NCBI GenBank assembly: GCA_041750795.1
Contig: JBGSYQ010000064.1
Coordinates: forward strand, 5,016-69,015
Source: Pirellulales bacterium
GTDB lineage: Bacteria > Planctomycetota > Planctomycetia > Pirellulales > PALSA-1355
Direction: 5' to 3'
Length of the DNA: 64,000 bases
The position numbers and the translations under genes are program-made. Below are positions 59,543 through 64,000 of this stretch, in pieces; positions within the stretch are counted from its first letter, which is position 1; every line of letters begins with the position of its first letter. The notes under the pieces are model-generated. The model did not search any database, was not told the origin of the DNA, and saw only the letters and a program-made list of their open reading frames with translations.

Positions 59543-59569
59543 CAGCCTGTTGAAGAATTCGACAGGCTG
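59543..59569. terminator. Hairpin between convergent genes (possible bidirectional terminator)
   Basis: CAGCCTGT-tgaagaattcg-ACAGGCTG is an 8-bp stem. There is no clear U-tract. Confidence 0.3.
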
Positions 59570-59690
59570 CGACATCGCATGGATGCGGTGACAAAATGGC
59601 GACGTAAGTCGTTGTTTTGCGCTTCCCTGTGAAGCTTTGCTTCGCACTTGGCGCTTGTCGCCGAGGCGGCCCATCCATCGTACCGCCGGC

Positions 59691-60584
59691 TCAACGCGCC
59701 CCGCCGCCGGCCGGTTTCTTGCACGGCAGCTCGAAATACCGAACCGCCCGGCTGTCCGCGTCCGTGTCGACTTCGCTCGTGTCGACTAACAGCCGATCGC
59801 CGAACAGCTCGGCCGTGACGACCTCCCCTTGCGGATCCGTCACCAGGAACTCGGCCGGATGGACGAAGACGATGTGGACGCCGTTCTCGCGCGAACGGGC
59901 CTGCACGATCGGGTCGTTCCGCTGCGGCCCGAACATGCCGCCCGACGGGCAGATCAAAAAGTCCGCGCCCGCGGCACAAAAGCGCTGCACGATGCCGGGC
60001 TCCGTGCGATCGGCGCAGATCATCACGCCCAGCGTGCCGTACGGCGTGCTCCACACGCGCGAGACGTCGCCCGGCGTGTTGCGCACAAGCTCGTGCTGCA
60101 GCTTCTGCTTGCGATACTTGCCCACCAGCGTGCCGTCGGGAGCAAGCACGACCGCCGTGTTGTAGCGCGCCTCGCCATCGGCTTCGAGCAGTCCGGCGAT
60201 CAGGTGGATGTCAAGCTCGTCGGCCAACCGCGTCAGACGCTCGAAGTACGGCCCGCCCGGAACCGGTTCTCCCAGGGCACGATACACGTCGAGCGGAATC
60301 GACTTGTCGGCGATGGCATAACCGTCGAGGAAACACTCGGTCGTGCAGACGATCTTAGCGCCGCCGCCAGCCGCCTGGCGGATCAACGGCTCGGCACGCC
60401 GATAATTGGCGTCCTTGTCCGTGCGAATCCACTTCAACACCACCCCGGCCACGCGAACCGTATCGCCGGGCTTGTCGGCTGCGCCGGGCGCATCGGCACC
60501 CCGTGCGATCGAGCACACCGCCAGCACGCCCAGCCCAAGCATCGCCGCGACCATGCGCGTAAAGTCGTTTCGCCCCTGCCGCAT
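59691..60584 (-). CDS. Carbon-nitrogen hydrolase (nitrilase superfamily), secreted
   Basis: The Glu-Lys-Cys triad contexts are CTTECF, KYRKQKL and VMICAD. A signal peptide MVAAMLGLGVLAVCSIARGADA is present. The start is uncertain (60584, 60554 or upstream ATGs up to 60761). Confidence 0.8.
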   Translation of the reverse strand: MRQGRNDFTRMVAAMLGLGVLAVCSIARGADAPGAADKPGDTVRVAGVVLKWIRTDKDANYRRAEPLIRQAAGGGAKIVCTTECFLDGYAIADKSIPLDVYRALGEPVPGGPYFERLTRLADELDIHLIAGLLEADGEARYNTAVVLAPDGTLVGKYRKQKLQHELVRNTPGDVSRVWSTPYGTLGVMICADRTEPGIVQRFCAAGADFLICPSGGMFGPQRNDPIVQARSRENGVHIVFVHPAEFLVTDPQGEVVTAELFGDRLLVDTSEVDTDADSRAVRYFELPCKKPAGGGAR

Positions 60585-60837
60585 GACGTGGTGCCGCCGC
60601 ATAACATTGTGCCTCATTGCGCGGAATGTCAGGTCGCATTGCCGAATCCTAACCCCAGCATCGCGCCGGCGAAAGCATTCGGGCGGAGATGTCGGATCAG
60701 CTATGTGAAGATCTATGTAGCCGGGGCGTTTCTTTTGGTGCGACTGAGCGCGGCACTTCACTCGAAAAACACCTTTGATCGTATTCGTGCCATCATTGCG
60801 GTCTGGCCGGAGCTATGTACCTTTCCCGAGAGACGAC

Positions 60838-60860
60838 GGAGGAGGAGGAGGAGGAGGAGG
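60838..60860. repeat. (GGA)7 trinucleotide tract
   Basis: Read directly from the sequence. It lies in the divergent spacer at the left edge of the A/T-richer island. Confidence 0.9.
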
Positions 60861-60949
60861 TTGCGCGAACCAAACTCTGCCGCCTGCACACGATCTTAGG
60901 ACACTACCAATCACTTACACTGGCCACCGCCGCACTACACAGCGCCCAC

Positions 60950-60958
60950 TGCTAGAAT
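60950..60958 (+). promoter_or_regulatory. Extended -10 box TGCTAGAAT, 6 nt upstream of ATG 60965
   Basis: TG-n-TAGAAT, then cccggt, then ATGAGC. No Shine-Dalgarno fits in the spacer. Confidence 0.5.
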
Positions 60959-60964
60959 CCCGGT

Positions 60965-61165
60965 ATGAGCGACGTCAAAACGAAGTTGAAAATCAATTCG
61001 CTGATGGTTGTCGGCACTTTTTCGGCAGTCACATGCGTGCCCACTGCTGTCGGCATCGCGTTCGAGTCCGGCACGGATCGGCTAGTCCTGGCTGCGATAG
61101 CGCCAATTAGCGGAATCTTGGCTGCGTTCTCATTGGCGATGGCATATCGGCATGGTAAAGCATAG
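60965..61165 (+). CDS. Small membrane protein (66 aa, 2 predicted TM), island gene a
   Basis: MSDVKTKLKINSLMVVGTFSAVTCVPTAVGIAFESGTDRLVLAAIAPISGILAAFSLAMAYRHGKA. The leaderless-type promoter lies directly upstream. Confidence 0.5.
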   Translation: MSDVKTKLKINSLMVVGTFSAVTCVPTAVGIAFESGTDRLVLAAIAPISGILAAFSLAMAYRHGKA

Positions 61166-61238
61166 CCCCACCACCGCCCAGCAACACACTATCCACCCAG
61201 TACCAAATTCCGAAAAGTCGCCCTAGTTGTCCGCCCGC

Positions 61239-61247
61239 TGCTACAAT
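61239..61247 (+). promoter_or_regulatory. Extended -10 box TGCTACAAT, 6 nt upstream of ATG 61254
   Basis: TG-n-TACAAT, then gccgga, then ATGAGCGAC. Confidence 0.5.
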
Positions 61248-61253
61248 GCCGGA

Positions 61254-61412
61254 ATGAGCGACGAGAAAAAACGATTCGAAGAACTCACGCCAGATGACGC
61301 ATGGGTCCACGAGATGCTTGATCTTGGACTGTACACTTGGCGCCACGCCGTTGGGACGATTGCGGTCGCGGCGCTCATCGGATTCTACGTGTGGTGGAAA
61401 TACTCCCCATGA
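61254..61412 (+). CDS. Small membrane protein (52 aa, C-terminal TM), island gene b
   Basis: MSDEKKRFEELTPDDAWVHEMLDLGLYTWRHAVGTIAVAALIGFYVWWKYSP. The track ORF starts at 61227; I prefer the ATG at fixed distance from the -10 box. Confidence 0.5.
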   Translation: MSDEKKRFEELTPDDAWVHEMLDLGLYTWRHAVGTIAVAALIGFYVWWKYSP

Positions 61413-61804
61413 CCCCCGCCCCTAAGCGCCGCTGGCTACGGTTCTCGCTGCGGACGATGCTCGTGGCGATGACTCTGTTGGCTGCTGGTTTAGGCTGGAG
61501 ACTTGCGGTGGCTCGGCAACACCAAGCATTGTATTCGCGGTTGCACGCGCGCAGCGTGCGCCTGGTTTACACCGACGAGTTTGGGTACGCATCCGACTTG
61601 GATTACTACTGGTGTTGCGTCAAGGAGGCATTTGGATACGAAAGGATTTATGAGGCATGGTTTGAAATCCCTCGGGGGGCAAACTTCCCAGACGGCTGTA
61701 AGCCTGATTTGCTTGCACTTCGAGCGATGCATCCGAACGTCGCCGTTTGGGGAAACTTTGGGGGATGCGGCGAACGGATAGACATCGACTCACTTGGGCG
61801 CTAG
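61409..61804 (+). CDS. N-terminally anchored protein (131 aa) with KRRW-RFSLRTMLV module, island gene c
   Basis: The ATG overlaps the stop of gene b (ATGA). The product begins MTPAPKRRWLRFSLRTMLVAMTLLAAGLGW, followed by a unique Cys/aromatic-rich C-terminal domain. Confidence 0.6.
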   Translation: MTPAPKRRWLRFSLRTMLVAMTLLAAGLGWRLAVARQHQALYSRLHARSVRLVYTDEFGYASDLDYYWCCVKEAFGYERIYEAWFEIPRGANFPDGCKPDLLALRAMHPNVAVWGNFGGCGERIDIDSLGR

Positions 61805-61849
61805 GCCTCCTGCACACACTCGCGGGCAGTGCGACAACCTGCCGCCCCC

Positions 61850-61858
61850 TGCTAGAAT
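61850..61858 (+). promoter_or_regulatory. Extended -10 box TGCTAGAAT, 6 nt upstream of ATG 61865
   Basis: Same geometry as the other copies. Here the ATG opens only a 22-codon ORF and a 155-nt leader that precedes gene e. Confidence 0.45.
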
Positions 61859-61864
61859 GAAGCC

Positions 61865-62019
61865 ATGGTGCGCCCTGAAGATTCGGCACGCGACAGCGTG
61901 GCGAGTCGTGCTGTGTGTCAGACTAGCGGGTGAGAGTCCCTTGGCGCTAAGCGCCGGAGCGCCGTGTAGCAGGACCTAAGGATACGGAGCCGGCGCGCCA
62001 CCGCGCCTGAGGTCTACCA
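61865..62019 (+). other. Candidate structured 5' leader / small RNA upstream of gene e
   Basis: Possible long-range pairing GGUGCGCC (61867-61874) with GGCGCGCC (61992-61999). Local hairpins are CACGC-GACA-GCGUG, GGCGC-UAA-GCGCC and GGCGCG-CCAC-CGCGCC, the last next to the GAGG ribosome-binding site. Confidence 0.3.
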
Positions 62020-62256
62020 ATGAGCGAGCAACAGGGAATCAACGACATTGAGTGGGACAACCCAGAGAATTGGGCGGGCTTAGGGTTGTTCCAGGCCTAT
62101 TTCAGCAAGCGTGATTCACGCATGTTCGTGCTGAGCCGCTGGGGGAGCATAACACCGAACTACGGCCACCGCTTCACTATCTTGCTCCGCAGCGTCGTGC
62201 TAGCTTTGGCGTTTGGGGTGTTCGCCTTCGCAATCATTTCCAGATATCCCAAATGA
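62020..62256 (+). CDS. Small membrane protein (78 aa), DUF5808-like, island gene e
   Basis: NPENWAGLGLFQAYFSKRDSRMFVLSRWGSITPNYGH resembles the DUF5808 pattern (W..G.FY.N..D.R.FV.KR.G.G.T.N) from memory, followed by a TM segment. GAGG lies 6 nt upstream of the ATG. Confidence 0.55.
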   Translation: MSEQQGINDIEWDNPENWAGLGLFQAYFSKRDSRMFVLSRWGSITPNYGHRFTILLRSVVLALAFGVFAFAIISRYPK

Positions 62257-62723
62257 CTCCCGCCCCAAAGCGCCGCTGGCAACGATTCTCGCTGCGGACG
62301 ATGCTCGTGGTGGTCGCCGCAACGGGACTTATCATTGGACTCGGAGGGCGCAATTTAACTCTGGAGCGTCAGGCGCGCTTCCACGATGAGCAAGCACAAT
62401 CCCAAGCCCATCAATTCTATTACCGCGCTCCCTTTGACGAGAGTTTGAAATTGGGAGGGGAGGATCAGGCGCGATTGTGGGGCATGTATCGGGCACGAGC
62501 ACGCTGGCATTGGGAGAAAGCTCAACAGTATCGCCGGGCCATATGGCGGCCGTGGTTACAAGTGAAGGCGGGCGGTGAACTGCCACCGGACCCGGAACCA
62601 CATTTGCCGCTTGCGCCCCCAGAAAGCACAGGCGGTTGGAGCAGCCTAGAAGCGTACCGCAGCAACGGTGGTCGCGGTAGCCAGTCCTTGAGGGAAAGCC
62701 CGTATGAACGACGCCTCCCGTAA
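62253..62723 (+). CDS. N-terminally anchored protein (156 aa) with KRRW-RFSLRTMLV module, island gene f
   Basis: The ATG overlaps the stop of gene e (ATGA). The product begins MTPAPKRRWQRFSLRTMLVVVAATGLIIGLG, followed by a unique helical/charged C-terminus. Confidence 0.6.
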   Translation: MTPAPKRRWQRFSLRTMLVVVAATGLIIGLGGRNLTLERQARFHDEQAQSQAHQFYYRAPFDESLKLGGEDQARLWGMYRARARWHWEKAQQYRRAIWRPWLQVKAGGELPPDPEPHLPLAPPESTGGWSSLEAYRSNGGRGSQSLRESPYERRLP

Positions 62724-63162
62724 CCGCCGCTGGCTGCGGTTCTCGCTACGGACGCTGTGTTCATTGACTCGCGGTGAGCCGGACGTTGTGATTCGGTGGG
62801 CCGGACCACTAATTCTCGTGGGAGCCGTTCTCGGATTTGCATCCGCGAGGCTTGAACTCCCTGGTGTGATCACGGCGATGTTTGCAATCGCATTCGGCGC
62901 ATCCGGCGGTTCGCTCGTCCAATGGCGACACGAACGGGGTCTCTGGATGCTCGCCGGCATCTTCCTCCTCCTCAACATCACGATCTACAGCCTGTGCGTC
63001 TATGGCAAGGTCAGTGACTTAGCGCGAGGCGCTCCTCCGAACGACTTTGGACTGATCATCGACTTCAGTCTGGGAACACTAGTTCTTTCAAGTACAATCC
63101 AGTTCCTTTGGCGAGTCGCCAAACACAACTGGACTCTCTCACGAGAATCGGAGAACGCTTAA
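62704..63162 (+). CDS. Polytopic membrane protein (152 aa, ~4 TM) starting with a variant RRWLRFSLRT module, island gene g
   Basis: MNDASRNRRWLRFSLRTLCSL.. then four hydrophobic segments. It overlaps gene f by 20 nt. Confidence 0.5.
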   Translation: MNDASRNRRWLRFSLRTLCSLTRGEPDVVIRWAGPLILVGAVLGFASARLELPGVITAMFAIAFGASGGSLVQWRHERGLWMLAGIFLLLNITIYSLCVYGKVSDLARGAPPNDFGLIIDFSLGTLVLSSTIQFLWRVAKHNWTLSRESENA

Positions 63163-63225
63163 CGCAAGCGCCGCCCACCAACACACGACTACGAAAATGC
63201 CGGAAAACAACCACCCAGCGCCACT

Positions 63226-63234
63226 TGCTAGAAT
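63226..63234 (+). promoter_or_regulatory. Extended -10 box TGCTAGAAT, 6 nt upstream of ATG 63241
   Basis: TG-n-TAGAAT, then cccgga, then ATGAGCAAC. The surrounding ~35 nt are nearly identical to the copy at 60944-60970. Confidence 0.5.
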
Positions 63235-63240
63235 CCCGGA

Positions 63241-63948
63241 ATGAGCAACCAGCTACGCAGCGCGTTGAAACTGCTGGCCATGAGATTCCGTGGACTGGTG
63301 CCACGCTATAGCCTTCGCGCCCTGTTGGTCGGCGTGGCTTTGACGGCCGCGCTGATTCCAATTGGGCAAATCGGTTGGCGCCGATTTGCCCGCTATAGCG
63401 AAGTCCGCCAATACGCCACGCTCCAAGCGTCGCGGACATGGCCTGTTGCATCACTTCAGTCTTTCGTCATCGACGAAGGTCGCGGAGTTCCCGACGACTT
63501 TGCCATCCTGGTGCGCCAGGGCAACACGTTCGGCTGCTTCATCCCTCGCAATCAATTTAAGAGAGGCGAGTCCGTCGAATACGATTGGTATTATCGTACA
63601 GATGGCCTCGGTCGATTCGACCCCAGCGACCCCCAAGTTCAATCCGGTCGCGGCTTCGCCGGACCCTATGTCTTCGGCAGCGAGTCGGTCATGATCACAT
63701 TTGGCCCATTCACGATCCCCTGGTCGGGCGGCGGTCCCGGCTGGGGATTCATCTACTTCGACTATAATCCAGACCCGCCAGACCGTTCGGCGCCCGACGT
63801 TCTCCGCATCTGCTCGACCGACATCAAGAGCTTGACCTTAATCGACGGCCGCGACGGGCACTGGATCTACAAATCGCATCGCGAAGACCGTGGTCTTGCC
63901 GGCAACCAACCTGCCAACATGCAAAACACATCGCGCAAGACCGACTAA
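63241..63948 (+). CDS. N-terminally anchored protein (235 aa) with variant RYSLRALLV module, island gene h
   Basis: MSNQLRSALKLLAMRFRGLVPRYSLRALLVGVALTAALIPIG, then a Gly/aromatic-rich beta-like domain (WYYRTDGLGRFDPSD.., GPGWGFIYFDYNPDP). Confidence 0.6.
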   Translation: MSNQLRSALKLLAMRFRGLVPRYSLRALLVGVALTAALIPIGQIGWRRFARYSEVRQYATLQASRTWPVASLQSFVIDEGRGVPDDFAILVRQGNTFGCFIPRNQFKRGESVEYDWYYRTDGLGRFDPSDPQVQSGRGFAGPYVFGSESVMITFGPFTIPWSGGGPGWGFIYFDYNPDPPDRSAPDVLRICSTDIKSLTLIDGRDGHWIYKSHREDRGLAGNQPANMQNTSRKTD

Positions 63949-63971
63949 CCACAGGTTGCATCCAATCGCCC

Positions 63972-64000
63972 ATGACCGCCCCTAAGCGCCGCTGGCTACG
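63972..64000 (+). CDS. Start of another KRRW-RFSLRT-module gene (island gene i), truncated by the window edge
   Basis: atgaccgcccctaagcgccgctggctacg (MTAPKRRWL..) is identical to the gene c 5' module except for one missing codon. Confidence 0.4.

Noticed and set aside
60775-61110. 111-aa ORF with a poly-Gly run.
   Set aside because: The poly-Gly run is just the (GGA)7 microsatellite read in frame. The rest overlaps the promoter and gene a in another frame.
61960-61995. SRP-RNA-like motif (GCAGGACCTAAGGATACGGAGCC versus the conserved GGUCCGGAAGGAAGCAGCC).
   Set aside because: The GNRA tetraloop and the AGCA symmetric-loop residues are not conserved. The resemblance is superficial.

Overview
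High-GC chromosomal segment that reads as Planctomycetota (Pirellulales-like). It carries four formylglycine-type sulfatases, a DUF1501 plus PSCyt/DUF1549/DUF1553 pair, several TAT-signal Gfo/Idh/MocA oxidoreductases and two PQQ-like propellers with EF-hands. Most of the window is ordinary but gene-dense. In order: TonB-dependent receptor + YfiR; TetR-MFP-RND-RND efflux operon; ClcA; a sugar-acid-like operon; FHA-EAL phosphodiesterase next to a Ser/Thr kinase with a UrtA-like sensor; oxoamine synthase + serine hydrolase; a sulfatase-PhoD-sulfatase operon; argJ/argC; assorted secreted hydrolases. Many long ORFs in the track are GC-driven antisense shadows, and several true starts lie well inside the listed ORFs. 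Four things the gene calls do not explain: (1) The right end (about 60.8-64.0 kb, running off the window) is visibly more A/T-rich. It is an array of small membrane-protein genes built from two reused DNA modules: an extended -10 box TGCTAnAAT exactly 6 nt before ATG (a leaderless geometry, 4 copies here plus a 5th at 38589), and a conserved ~58-nt 5' coding module (MTPAPKRRW-RFSLRTMLV) followed by unrelated sequence. (2) About 65-bp inverted repeats, each containing the hairpin CACTGGTGGC-N4-GCCACCAGTG, bracket the 6.1-kb sulfatase-PhoD-sulfatase operon. Next to them is a 44-bp duplicate of the operon's 3' end. (3) A decayed IS1595-type element carries one of the leaderless cassettes and supplies the stop codon of a sulfatase. 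(4) Several palindromic or MITE-like intergenic repeats. No rRNA, tRNA or CRISPR array was found. All functional calls rest on reading the translations and on remembered family signatures; no database search was run.
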